This document shows positions 28,501-38,120 of a stretch of 64,000 nucleotides of DNA, piece by piece. How positions within the stretch are numbered: position 1 is the first letter of the stretch; each line of letters starts with the position of its first letter. Under the pieces are notes generated by a model. It had not been told where the DNA came from. It did no database searches and saw only the letters and a list, made by a program, of their open reading frames with translations. The stretch is from Leucoraja erinacea. Lineage: Eukaryota. Both the position numbers and the translations under genes were made by a program. Where the stretch lies: NCBI RefSeq assembly GCF_028641065.1, contig NC_073416.1:7750001-7814000 (forward strand), written 5' to 3'.

Positions 28501-31500
28501 ACCTTGGATAGGGAGGGAGAAAGCCCTTGCCCGTGTGAAGATAGACCCAAGCAACGTTCAGCCTTGGCAGTCAGTGGCAGTAACATCTGGGTCACTCATT
28601 CTTCAATAAATGAGACTATCTCACCAACTCGTCTTGACAGTCATCAGCAGAATAATAGTGACAAAAGCAAGCGGGAAGCTGGTCACACTGCAAAATACGA
28701 CTCAAATCCTGAGTCCAGCAGCTACAAGGCACAGCTGGAATGCGATGGAATACTCTCCATTCATATGGATGAGGTCAGTGCCAACGTCCAAGTCATCCAG
28801 GACAACATGGCTGGCTTAAACCCCTGCCATAAACATTTACTCCCTCCACTACTGCTGCAGTCTTCTGCCTAGGACCATCTGCAAGATCCTCTTCTCTGAC
28901 TTGCCAACGCTTCTTTGGCAAGACCTCCGATTTGGGAAACCACGGCAACAGATGCAGGCGATCAGTATCCCGTGCACGTTACCTCTGGACCGCATGCCTT
29001 TCTGACTACAAAATAGATTGCGGTTTCTTCATTGCTCTCTGATCAAAACCCTGGAGTTATCTCCTCAACATCATTGTGGGAGTAACCTCACCTCAAAACC
29101 ACAGCAGGCTCAAGGGGGTAACTCAACTCAACTCCACCTTGAGCTAATTAAGGACAGACAATAAATACTGTGATGCTCACATTGTATTAAATACATTTTA
29201 AAAATGCTGGCAACATTTAGTAATCTTGTCATCCAACATTCAAACTGTGCTTTGGGCAGGGAGCAAGTGGTGCACATCCTTAGGAAGATATCAAGACAAA
29301 TGCAAATTCTACTCTTACAGATTTCTGGAGCATGGCGTTTAGCTACCTAAACACGTCAATGGAGTGCATGCTTCCTCAGACTCACCCAGCGAACCAAAAC
29401 ATTTCTGACATTGGGTGGAGCCACTTCAAAATGGGAACAACTACCTTGATGATTGACAAAGGAAGTTACTTCCAGGAGAGTCCTTAAATCCATTCACACT
29501 GTCATGAAGGTACTCTATAAACATTCCCTGTGCTTGGCCAACTGCTTTGAACTCCAAACAGAAGTAAGCTCACCCTTCTATGATCGTCCCGTGTGCTCTT
29601 CTGCTGGTTTAGGCTCTCCTCCTGCTTGAACTCTGGCAGTGGGCTATTTGCTTGCTGCAGGTGCTGCTGAGCTAAAATAAAAACAATTGCGCAATGAACC
29701 TCAGATCTAGGAAGACTTTGCTAAGCACACAAACAATTGTTTGTCCTCCTAACCCAAGGGAGAATGCTCCGTCTCTCTGTCGCCAGCCGGCAGTAAACCT
29801 TCAGCCAAAGCTCTGCCCCCAGCACTTTCATCTCTGCTAGGAAACAGCACAGGCTTGGTTTCACAGTTGCCCCTTTAACGTGGCTCTTATGAGGATTTAA
29901 CAAGTGTGCATAGCCCACCTCCATGCCATGCAATGTGCCAATGCAATACAAGCAAATGATGGAAGCAAATCTCATGGAAAATCTTGGATGCGGGAATGCA
30001 AACTTTCTGTGCGGAATAAAAATGATGCATTAAATATTTTGTCTCATCCTAAATAACCTTGTGATAGGAATGCTATCTCTGTTCAATGCCAGCTGATCTA
30101 CTGTGTATTTCCAGCATTGTCTATGTTTACCTGACATTCTGATGGAAATACAAGATGTTTTAGTAAACTTATTATTTAATGGAGACATTATAAAGTTATA
30201 TAATAATAAAGTATAAAGATTGAGAAATTGTCCAGATATGAAATACTGTAATGAGTTTCCAAATCGATGTTGTATTTGCCTCCTGGCTCCAGGGACACAG
30301 TTTGATCCTGATCCCAGGTACTGGTGTGTAGTCTGCAACTTCTGAGTTGTTTTGTGTCCTCCCACATCCCAAGACGTGCTGATTGATTAACTGGTTTCTG
30401 TAATTTGCCTCTTTGTATAAATTAATGGTGAAAAGAATCAAACGCAAATTGATCGCCACGTATGAAGGAGAATAATTTGCAGGGAACAGAGACATAATGA
30501 GGGAGAATTGCTCTCCTCTGAACCGCCATGGACACAACGGATCAAACGTCCTTCTGTGCAAGTGGAACATAAAATACTTCAGCATATTGAGCGTTCAACT
30601 TTGACATTTGCTTCGTACTCACACTGGTAACACTGCGCAAGTTGTTGCTGCTCATGTTCAAGAGCCTCATTGATTTGTTGAAAAGCACTGTGGTACATCT
30701 GAATGGTCTTGATCTTGTTGTTCAGTTGAGTTAGCTGCTGTAACACATTTGCATCTTCTTGCTTCAACCTCTCACTGTTGGTGGTTACAAACATTTGGGC
30801 TGGTACGGGGTTAGCGAGCCCAACAGTCACCTAGAGTAAAGCACGGGAGAATATATGCAATATACTTTCTTGGAAGTTTGTACAATATATGCCCTCCACA
30901 AAAAAATAACATTTACTTGGTAAATACACACCCATTTGTAAATTCCATCCATCAATATATATCTATTCTATTTTACAGAAGTCTCTTATTTGAAAAGCAA
31001 AAAAAACTGCTTTCAGGAATTCTAAAAGAAAAGCAGACACTGCTAGATATACTTGAAACGTTGCCTATTTCCTTCACTCCATAGATGCTGCTGCACCCGC
31101 TGAGTTTCTCCAGCACTTTTGTCTACCTTCGATTTTCCAGCATCTGCAGTTCCTTCTTAAACACTTTGTCTACTCCACTGCAAAATCTCCTCAAGGTATG
31201 CCTACTTTGAAGAAGTTCTCCTCCTCCCTCCGAAGAAACGTTGCCTATCTCCTTCGCCCCATAGATGCCGCTGCACCCGCTGAGTTTCTCCAGCACTTTT
31301 GTCTACACTGGATATACTCAGCAAGCCAGGCAGCATGGGGGAGAGAAGCAAAGCTGACTCCAGTGGTGTTAAAGGGAGTGCAGGAACCAACACCTCATGA
31401 GCCAAATGCTGAACGATTAGGACTTCAAAATCGTTGGATATGGGATCTGGCCAATTATGGGAGTTTTGCTGCATCTTCAATGTGACACAGAAAGTTTGAA

Positions 31501-34500
31501 ATAGTTTGACGGATGCTTTTGTGGTGTTCATTAAAAGTTAAAATCTAAATGTCAGAATTTAGTGTGAGTTTTGACAGGTGTATCTTGAGTGGAATCATAA
31601 AATTGACTACTTTTACAAGCAGGTAAAAATGGTACCGGTACGCAAACCTTGCTGTTAGTGTCTATGGTAGATGTAGGTATGTTGCAAAACTTACCTTCAG
31701 CGGCGCTGCAGTTCTGCCGCTGCCCGTGTGCACGACTTTGGCGCCTTTGAGAGGGGGGCGGGTTTAAAACGCGATTTTCTCTAGGCTGTTGAAATCGATG
31801 TTGTTCAGCCTACTTAGTTGCTGACGAAAAATCGCTGCGAAATTCGTTCGCTGCAGCTATTTTTAAACTAAATTGGGTTATTTAATTGTTATAGTAGATT
31901 AAAAATCATCCTCTAAAACCGCGAACCCCGACAACGGGACGGATCTCATGTAGGGGACAAGGCAAGGTAGGTTGTTTATTTTTACATTAAAAAGGACTTC
32001 TTAAGATCCCTTTATTCAAAATTTTAAGTTGCGAATACGCGACTTGGGGGCCCATTCAATCCCACAGTATCTTTCTGGGCATATGGGCTACAAATCCACT
32101 GCAATGGCAACGTTCCAAACCAGCGCATTCGAGAAAAACCCACTGGCAAGCTGATTTAAATGGCCATTAATTTACAGCAATTGAACACTAAATCCCTTCC
32201 ATTTGGCCTATAAATTAATGTCAATGAGATTTAAAAATCATGTTTTATTGTGAATTCTTGTGTGAATGTTCTTTGGACACTTAGGCTATTTAAAAATGTT
32301 AATCTTTCCTTAAGAAATGGATAGATGTTTAGATCTAGTAATTGAATTTTGTAATTAGCTACAATTGGGTAACTAACTAATTATATGCTTTAATTTCAAG
32401 TCATCCAAGTAAGATTGTTTAATATTTGTTTCAGAATGCTTCAATCTATAATAACTGAAAATTTATTTCAGTTCTCTTAATTTTTAATAAAGTTATGGGG
32501 TTTAGACTGTTCTCGATCACCGCTTTTGTGTTAAGTCAATGGAAAATCAATAGGGAACAAGATGCTAATTTCCGAGTATGAAAATGGCCATAACCTTTTT
32601 AATACTGAAGACATGAAAGTGAATTAGGTGTCAAATTAAACTTCTCTTTATGCTTTATCCGATGGGATAAATTACAGACTTGATTTTTTAAATCTCAAAA
32701 TGTTGTAACATTGCCAGTAGATGGCCACCTGAAACGGTGTTGAAGCCGTTAAAGGGCCCGACTGCCTTATCTAATTCATAAATATTATTTTTTTTAATTT
32801 GGTAATATTTTAACAATATTAAAAATTATAAAAATGTGAAAATCTACCTTTAAAACGTTTAAAAGTGGTGCTGGTTCGCCACAATAAAAAGCATCAACAA
32901 TAAGACAATTAAGGGCAGCACAGAGGTGCAGTGGTGGAGCCGCCACCTCACAGCGCCAGAGACCCGGGTTCAATCCTGACCTCGGGTGTAGTCTGGGTGG
33001 TGTTTGCATGTTCTCCCTGTGGCCGTGTGGGTTTTCTCTGGGTGCTCCGGTTTCTTCCCACATTCCACAGAAGTCCAGGTTTGTAGGTTAATTGGCTTCT
33101 GTAAATTACCCCTAGTGTGTACGATGTGAGAATGGGGTAACATACAACGTATGAAAGGGTGATCAATGGTCGGCATGGACTCGATGGGCCGAAGGGCCTG
33201 TTTCCATGCTGCATTTCTAAGCTAAGCTAAACAAAATTGTTTGTCCATAGTTTGGTGCAAATTAACTCATAGAAAACTCTTGGTGGACTGCTAGAAATGC
33301 CTCTGCAAATTAATCTAAACTGATGGGTTAAGATCAATAAAATAGACAGTTCTTTTGCTCTCCGATGTTTGTCTCCTGGACAAGAATCAACCTTTTGTTT
33401 AGGAAGGAACTGCAGGTTCTGGTTTAAACCGAAGATAGACACAAAAAGCTAGAGTAACTCCGTGGGTCTGATAGCATCAATGGAGAAAAGGAATTGGTGA
33501 CGTCTGAAGGAGGGTCTCGACCCAAAACATCACCTGTTCCTTCTCTCCAGAGATGCTGTCTGACCCGCTGAATTACTCCAGCTTCTTGTGTCTATCTTCA
33601 ACCTTTTGCTTGTTCTCTGGGGAGATTGGGCAGGAAGGAGATATTCTATACACACCATGCCTGGGCCATGTGTGCAGCAGGATCTCAAGACCCTTCAACA
33701 GATCAATCCAAGACTTGTTAGAAAGCTACATTTGGCCTGCAGACTGATACAAGGTGCAATACTTACACTGGTCTGCTGAAGCTCCTGGAATAACTGGTTT
33801 TCTCGCAACAAGAGACAGTTCATCGTATTCACCAGTTCTAAAGGTTGCTGATCAAACATGGTCTGTAACACAAGTCAAGTATTCATTAAAATATGACTTT
33901 AGGGCCATTTCTAGCCAAACAAATGCAGGTGATACAAGTAGTTGATAAACATCAGAACAAAATGAAAGCTATCAGGATTTTGGATTCCTCGGTATAAGGT
34001 GGCTGCAGTCATATGTTCTCAATGCACAGTGGCTTTCATGTGGAAACTAGAAAAGATTTTCGACAGACAACTTCCCCTCGATCTTACACATTGGGAGCCA
34101 AGGTCAAGTGCAATATTCAGATTAAGTAGCATTCAAGAGTGGTGAAATCTGGGATCTAGGCGAGGTGGATTGTAGACAGATGACCTTCAGGTGATCACCA
34201 AGGCATAATTGCTCTGCAGGTAAATGTTGTCAGCGCATGACATTAGAATATCAAATCTATCTTGAAGTAGAACCTTGTAGTTTAGTTTAGAGATACAGCG
34301 TGGAAACAGGCCCTTCGGCCCACCGAGTCCACGCCGACCAGCGATCCCCGCACACTAATACTATCTTACACACACTAGGGACAATTTACATTTACACCGA
34401 GCCAATCAACCTACAAACCTGTATCAGTCTAGTTTATTGTCACGTGTACCAAGGTACAATGAAAAGCTTGTTGCATGCTAACCAGTCAGCAGAAAGACAA

Positions 34501-37500
34501 TACATGATTACAATCGAGCCATTTACAGTGTATAGATACATGATAAGGGAATAATATTTAGTGCAAGGTAAAGCCAGCACAGTCCGTTCAAGGATAGTCC
34601 GAGGGTCACCAAAGAGGTGGATAATAGTTCAACACTGCTCTCTGGTTGTGGTAGGATGCATAGTTGTGTGGTTGGTTGGCACAACTCTAATGCATGGCTG
34701 GCACAGACTCGGTGGGGCAAAGGGCCTGTTTCCGTGCAGTACGACTTCAGCAAGACGCTAAACACATTTAGAGTATTCAAATCTACCAGATGATAATTAG
34801 CAACGATCAGTTATTGTTCATATCTTGGCCAAAAGTAACCAGCAACCATTGGGCAGTGATATAAAGTGGAAAAGCAAAGATCCATATTGAGCTGCCAACC
34901 TAAGCACTGCACAATGGAGAATAACGAGCCGGAATCTCCGCCCATGCTTCCTCGTGGGAATGCAGAAACACAAATGTACGGTACCTATGCAACCGTAAAA
35001 AAAAGGCTCCTCTAAGCAGCTTGGTAATTAAGTACCAAGTGTCAGAGGTTATGGGGAGAAGGAAGGAGAATGGGGCTAGGAAGGAGAGATGGATCAGCCA
35101 TGATTGAATGGCGGAGTAGACTAGATGGGCCGAATTCTACTCCTATTCCTTATGATCTTATGACTTTATGAACCAGTATTGGCATCAATCCTTTACTTGT
35201 CAATGATGTTCACATACAGACCGAGCAAGCATCCTTCTATTTGTAGCCTGCACCATACCTTTAGGAGAGCAGCATATTCATTCAGCTGGCAATTGACTGG
35301 ATAGGACATACGAGTTGACACTTTCTGTAATTCAGATATCATTGTGTCCAATAGATTTCGAGCAAGGTTTTCATGGGTAGGGTTTATGTTAATGGAGCTC
35401 CTAAAATAAAAGAGACAAAATGAAACATTTGCCACGTACATGCGTCCCCTTCCCCGCATCCCCTTCCCCGCACCTTTGGCTGCACAGGGAGTCTTACTTC
35501 CTGTTATACCCCATTGCCAGTCTGTTCCCTGCATTTGAATCTTTTGTGAGGGACTGTGATGATAGTCATTTCAATCCTAGCCATGGACATATCCCATTGC
35601 CATCCTCTCTCAAAATGTCTTTTTGTCTTTTACACATTTTGAGAGGAACCCGCTCCTGGACTCATCAACATTAACACCCATTCAGTGCTCGTGGGTGAGA
35701 TTTTTCAAATTTATTTTACTTCAAATTTATTATTGAATTCCTATTTTAAGTCGCATTAAGTCTGGCGAGCACTTGGACCAAAGCCCATATTGAAACAAAC
35801 TCTGCCTAGACCACAGAACAGTATAAAATATACCAGGTGCATTATTGTATTCATTTTTAAAAGTTCGACCACAGATCCACAGGGTATACTGAACATACAA
35901 CAGACCAAGGCTTATTTCAAATCTGTAATTCACTAAGCTTTATCCTCCTCCCATTCCCAATCCGACCTCTCTGTCCTGGGCCTCCTCCATTGCCAGAGCG
36001 AGCACCACCGGAAACTGGAGGAGCAGCACCCCGGCGGCTTGAACATTGACATCTCCAATTTCCGGTAACCCTTGCTGTCTCCTCCCCTTCTCAGCTCTCC
36101 CTAGCCCTCTGGCTCCTCCTCTTCCTTTCTTCTTCCTTGCGATGCCTTGTCATGACAAAACAGTTTATAGATGCTGCCCATGTTTACACCCCTGTCTGCC
36201 ACACACGAGGGCAGTCAGTGCTTGTAGGCAGAGAACAAGAACTTGCTCAAGGAGGAAGCTCAAGGAGAAATTGGAAAATCTCAACTCTACTGTCACTTTC
36301 AAGATGAACAGATGACCTTCTGCTCTGGGACATTTGGGGGGGGGGGGGGGGGGGGGTGGGGGTGGGGTCAAGGTGTGGTGGACACACCCCTCAAACAAGG
36401 GAAGGGATATCAACCCAGGGGGGCACATGAGTGGCAACGGTGCTTGTGGTAAGGATAGTTTGTGAACACTACTGAATATGGACACATATGAGTGTTTAAA
36501 CGCTGAGAATGTCGGAAGAGTTTTTGCGCTGTTCTTGTTTTTGTTTGTATTCTGAATAAAGTTTATTTTTGGAAAAAAAAAAAAAAATTTGTTGTGGGAA
36601 CTTAAAGCGAATAGAGTTGCGGAATGAACAAACTCCCTCCACAATCCCATTATCCCTATATAGACACAAACAGCTGGAGTAACTCATCGGGACTGGCAGC
36701 ATTCCTGAAGAGAAGGAATGGGTGACATTTTGTGTCGAGACTCTTCTTCAGACCCTATCCCTCATCTTGATAATAAAGCAGACACAATGAGGTGCCCTGA
36801 AATTCTAAGTAATTCTGAGTAAGCTTGTGTTTGTACATATTCATCATCTTATCGTACACATTTTACCCATACTGTTTATTCGCGTATGCAATCTCAGTTT
36901 CCTCAAATGACTGTTGAACAAATCATCTTGTGCATTGGAAAATTCTTGAGGTTTGCCAAGCCCAATAGAAAAAGATCAAAATAACCATTTCATCAGCTTA
37001 GCTGAATCATCTAAGCGGCTGCTACTAATCATCAGGGGAGGAGAGTTTTATTTCAAAATGGGCGTATAGGCAGATAGTCTCTTAGATTAGGAAATATGCA
37101 TATCTATTTATCCATCTGCAACAATTCATACAGTATTCAATCACCCATTCAGAACAGCAATTAACCGCTTCAGAAATCCCAGAATACAAGCGGTTGTTCG
37201 AATGCTGTGATTTAGTGTATTCGAGTAAACAATCTGACAAGAGATCTGGGCACAAACTACCAGTATATAGCCCTGTCCCACTGTACGAGTTCATTCAAGA
37301 GTTCTCCCGAGTTTCCCCCGATTCGAACTCGGAGAATTACGGTAATAGCCGCTCGTAGGTACTCGGGGCTCTCGTGGACATTTTTCCCCGAGTCTTCCCG
37401 AGCTTACCACGTTTCCCCGAGTACCTGCCGTTAGCGTTACGCGCCGCTAAGAGACGTCCCCGAGCTCCGACGTACCCGCTACGTTCATTCTACGTGCTTA

Positions 37501-37787
37501 CCACGAGTTTTATTTTATTTTTTTAACTCGGGAGAGCTCTTGAATGAACTCGTACAGTGGGACAGGGCTTTAAAAGGGAGAAGATATAAATGCTGGAAAC
37601 TTGGGAGGAATTACTCCAGATAAAGCTAGAAATACAAAAATGGCAAGTTAGCCCAGACTGACCATGGCTGTTTCTCTATCCATTCAGCGAGATAGTGCCT
37701 GACTTCAATGGGGAAATGTTTTCCATATAATTCCTGCAACTGAGGAAGGAACTGCTGTTGTTTCATTACTTCACCCCAGAAAGCCAT
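1422..37787 (-). CDS. stat6: STAT6-like signal transducer and activator of transcription; full spliced model, 20 coding exons, 2466 nt, 821 aa
   Basis: Exons joined manually with GT-AG sites and matching phases give an uninterrupted ORF: N-domain, coiled coil, DNA-binding domain, linker, SH2 ([12 protein letters not shown]), pTyr tail and TAD. Linker/SH2 sequence ([24 protein letters not shown]; [10 protein letters not shown]; [10 protein letters not shown]) and the 149/137/147-nt exons resemble human STAT6 more than STAT5 (comparison from recall). Confidence 0.88.
1607..2228 (+). mobile_element. CR1-type LINE 3' fragment interrupted by an antisense HE1-like SINE (~1838-2062)
   Basis: CR1 C-terminal coding remnant on both sides of a tRNA-headed SINE; matches the copy at 51375-51920. 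Confidence 0.8.
2477..2560 (-). CDS. stat6: STAT6 coding exon 19, TAD ([28 protein letters not shown])
   Basis: ttcaag/gtaagc; 84 nt, phase 2-2, open frame; support is splice signals and frame only. Confidence 0.7.
3752..4085 (+). mobile_element. CR1/HER1-type LINE 3' end
   Basis: [18 protein letters not shown].. remnant plus (ctattgt)n tail; same family at 7314-7717, 44978-45297, 58103-58417 (+) and 39768-40120 (-). Confidence 0.85.
4153..4245 (-). CDS. stat6: STAT6 coding exon 18, TAD ([31 protein letters not shown])
   Basis: ctgcag/gtcagt; 93 nt, phase 2-2, open frame; support is splice signals and frame only. Confidence 0.72.
5029..5317 (-). mobile_element. HE1-like tRNA-derived SINE
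   Basis: A/B-box tRNA-like head, conserved core, (aaact)n tail on the minus strand. Confidence 0.85.
5345..5480 (-). mobile_element. Rex1/Babar-like LINE C-terminal fragment
   Basis: Minus frame reads [39 protein letters not shown]; related copies at 10043-10420 and 14222-14815 (+). Confidence 0.7.
5481..6175. repeat. 45-bp minisatellite, about 15 copies (aatggtggggagtgtggtgtgtgtgatggactgggctacatctac)
   Basis: Directly visible tandem array with small indels in the (gt)n part. Confidence 0.97.
6491..6613 (-). CDS. stat6: STAT6 coding exon 17, Pro-rich transactivation domain
   Basis: tttcag/gtaagt; 123 nt, phase 2-2, open frame. Confidence 0.82.
7853..7910 (-). CDS. stat6: STAT6 coding exon 16 with the activating tyrosine ([20 protein letters not shown]; Tyr codon 7885-7887, Tyr684 of the model)
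   Basis: cggcag/gtaaga; 58 nt, phase 1-2; DGY motif equivalent to STAT6 Y641 / STAT5A Y694. Confidence 0.92.
8253..8882 (-). mobile_element. CR1-type LINE 3' fragment
   Basis: ORF 8511-8825 ([14 protein letters not shown]...RRLRG) plus 3'UTR and tail. Confidence 0.9.
9043..9189 (-). CDS. stat6: STAT6 coding exon 15, SH2 C-half ([26 protein letters not shown]...KKYYT)
   Basis: ctgcag/gtacgt; 147 nt, phase 1-1. Confidence 0.96.
10043..10420 (+). mobile_element. Rex1/Babar-like LINE 3' end
   Basis: [41 protein letters not shown], then 3'UTR and (tcttgaa)n tail. Confidence 0.78.
10588..10724 (-). CDS. stat6: STAT6 coding exon 14, SH2 (LIIGFVSKQ...[19 protein letters not shown])
   Basis: SH2 FLLRFS motif; tttcag/gtaacc; 137 nt. 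Confidence 0.97.
10880..11255 (+). mobile_element. CR1-type LINE fragment with internal deletion
   Basis: DLGVL joined to [21 protein letters not shown]. Confidence 0.8.
11424..11518 (-). CDS. stat6: STAT6 coding exon 13 ([32 protein letters not shown])
   Basis: TFWQWFDGV motif; tttcag/gtaaga; 95 nt. Confidence 0.97.
11757..12049 (-). mobile_element. Penelope-like element 3' end (ORF end NFK*, pyrimidine-rich UTR, hammerhead motif, terminal arm)
   Basis: Minus strand: acttcaagtaa, CT-rich tract, ctgaagaaggtctcaacctgaaacgtc, then the family arm sequence. Confidence 0.72.
11826..11852 (-). ncRNA. Minimal type-I hammerhead ribozyme core (CUGAAGA-AGGU cuca ACCU-GAAACGUC)
   Basis: All conserved core nucleotides present; 4-bp stem II; self-complementary ACGU stem III; stem I only about 2 bp. 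Confidence 0.6.
12370..13530 (+). mobile_element. 5'-truncated young CR1-type LINE with an uninterrupted 353-codon RT C-terminal frame (12383-13444)
   Basis: [10 protein letters not shown] and YADD RT motifs, CR1 C-terminus, (ggttatat)n tail. Confidence 0.95.
13733..13939 (-). CDS. stat6: STAT6 coding exon 12, linker domain ([11 protein letters not shown]...VSWSQFNK)
   Basis: gtgcag/gtaaac; 207 nt; strongly STAT6-like residues. Confidence 0.97.
13975..14150. mobile_element. Fold-back PLE-derived element with 15-bp TSD (acgatggattttaca)
   Basis: Inverted arms; direct repeats at 13960-13974 and 14151-14165. Confidence 0.85.
14222..14815 (+). mobile_element. Rex1/Babar-like LINE 3' fragment
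   Basis: Degenerate C-terminal coding remnant plus shared 3'UTR (also at ~50108-50430 and ~27235-27370). Confidence 0.72.
15150..15242 (-). CDS. stat6: STAT6 coding exon 11 ([31 protein letters not shown])
   Basis: DNA-contact segment VHGxQD; ttgcag/gtaagt; 93 nt. Confidence 0.97.
15441..15962. mobile_element. Non-autonomous hAT (Charlie-like) DNA transposon
   Basis: TIRs cagaggtggggaacct / aggttccc(c)acccctg; perfect 8-bp TSD gtttaatg (15433-15440, 15963-15970). Confidence 0.9.
16559..16681 (-). CDS. stat6: STAT6 coding exon 10 ([25 protein letters not shown]...)
   Basis: ESVTEEKF motif; ttcaag/gtatct; 123 nt. Confidence 0.97.
17384..17471 (-). CDS. stat6: STAT6 coding exon 9 ([29 protein letters not shown])
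   Basis: ctccag/gtaggt; 88 nt, the conserved STAT5/6 exon size. Confidence 0.95.
17845..18131 (+). mobile_element. CR1-type LINE 3' end
   Basis: Same 3'UTR as the copy at 54178-54792. Confidence 0.85.
18548..18850. repeat. PLE-derived element with a 70-bp tandem triplication and a fold-back arm
   Basis: Units start at 18566, 18636 and 18706; symmetry centre gacgtc at 18751-18756. Confidence 0.88.
18994..19173 (-). CDS. stat6: STAT6 coding exon 8 ([19 protein letters not shown]...)
   Basis: [11 protein letters not shown] signature of the STAT5/6 DNA-binding domain; ctacag/gtaaga; 180 nt. Confidence 0.97.
20058..20195 (-). CDS. stat6: STAT6 coding exon 7 ([15 protein letters not shown]...LLSNLVR)
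   Basis: ttccag/gtaact; 138 nt, phase 2-2. Confidence 0.92.
20750..20955. mobile_element. Fold-back PLE-derived element with decayed hammerhead cores
   Basis: Inverted arms; ctgaagaagggacccgacccaaaatgtt has GAAA>AAAA. Confidence 0.75.
22287..22435 (-). CDS. stat6: STAT6 coding exon 6 (…[26 protein letters not shown])
   Basis: WKRxQQLxGNG-type coiled-coil motif; taacag/gtgagg; 149 nt. Confidence 0.95.
24443..24743 (+). mobile_element. HE1-like tRNA-derived SINE
   Basis: A box ggtggcacagcgg, B box ggtttgatcc, (aaact)n tail; further copies at 32912-33232, 43590-43882, 49222-49515 (+) and 38940-39239, 46388-46590 (-). Confidence 0.88.
25472..25910. other. Assembly gap (439 N) in the intron between coding exons 5 and 6
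   Basis: Run of N. Confidence 1.
29574..29671 (-). CDS. stat6: STAT6 coding exon 5 ([33 protein letters not shown])
   Basis: ttttag/gtgagc; 98 nt, phase 1-0, restores the frame between exons 4 and 6. Confidence 0.8.
30623..30830 (-). CDS. stat6: STAT6 coding exon 4 ([12 protein letters not shown]...[10 protein letters not shown])
   Basis: ctctag/gtgagt; 208 nt, phase 0-1; helical Gln-rich start of the coiled coil. Confidence 0.82.
31674..32716. mobile_element. ~1.04-kb non-autonomous DNA transposon, hAT-like
   Basis: Imperfect 16-bp TIRs (TAGGTATGTTGCAAAA vs TGGCAATGTTACAACA, 11/16); flanking direct repeat gtagatg (31667-31673, 32717-32723). Confidence 0.65.
33767..33862 (-). CDS. stat6: STAT6 coding exon 3 ([32 protein letters not shown])
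   Basis: ttacag/gtaagt; 96 nt, phase 0-0; PLELV motif of the STAT5/6 N-domain end. Confidence 0.9.
35259..35400 (-). CDS. stat6: STAT6 coding exon 2 ([26 protein letters not shown]...LLK)
   Basis: ttttag acceptor, gtatgg donor; 142 nt; completes the split Trp codon. Confidence 0.9.
35943..36137 (+). mobile_element. Penelope-like element GIY-YIG endonuclease C-terminal remnant plus CT-rich 3'UTR
   Basis: 35943-36068 reads [29 protein letters not shown][deletion][12 protein letters not shown], matching the PLE C-terminal RxxxE...PxGLN motif. Confidence 0.8.
37269..37569. mobile_element. PIF/Harbinger-like MITE
   Basis: Long TIRs gccctgtcccactgtacgagttcattcaagag / ctcttgaatgaactcgtacagtgggacagggc; TA-rich flanks; CpG-rich. 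Confidence 0.85.
37663..37787 (-). CDS. stat6: STAT6 coding exon 1 ([42 protein letters not shown]); exon starts at acceptor 37804 with 17 nt of 5'UTR
   Basis: STAT N-domain motif [14 protein letters not shown]; tttcag acceptor, gtcagt donor; 125 nt CDS, ends phase 2. Confidence 0.93.
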
Positions 37788-38120
37788 TCTTTGTTTTCGA
37801 GTACCTGAAACAAATAATGCATGTTCAATATTTGATTTTACATTTATACTTTAGTAATGTGCTCATAACACATACGATTGTTATCAATAACTGAATTTAC
37901 CAATCAATTCATGATGGTGTGTGAATGAGTCACAATCCAGGATTGATCCCCAAGCCTTGCAGAATGTGCTGATTGGAACTAGAATTGGCCTCAGTAACCT
38001 TTCTTACCCTTACATTAAAAAGAGAAAAACATTTGCAATGGTTAATATTAATTTTCCAATAAGTCTGTTGTCATGCTGACATGGAGACTGAGAAAGAACA
38101 GGACTGGAATAACATGTGGA

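Noticed and set aside
1422-37787. Calling the gene STAT5
   Set aside because: Linker and SH2 residues, exon sizes, multi-exon TAD and LxxLL-like motif favour STAT6, although phylogeny and synteny were not computed.
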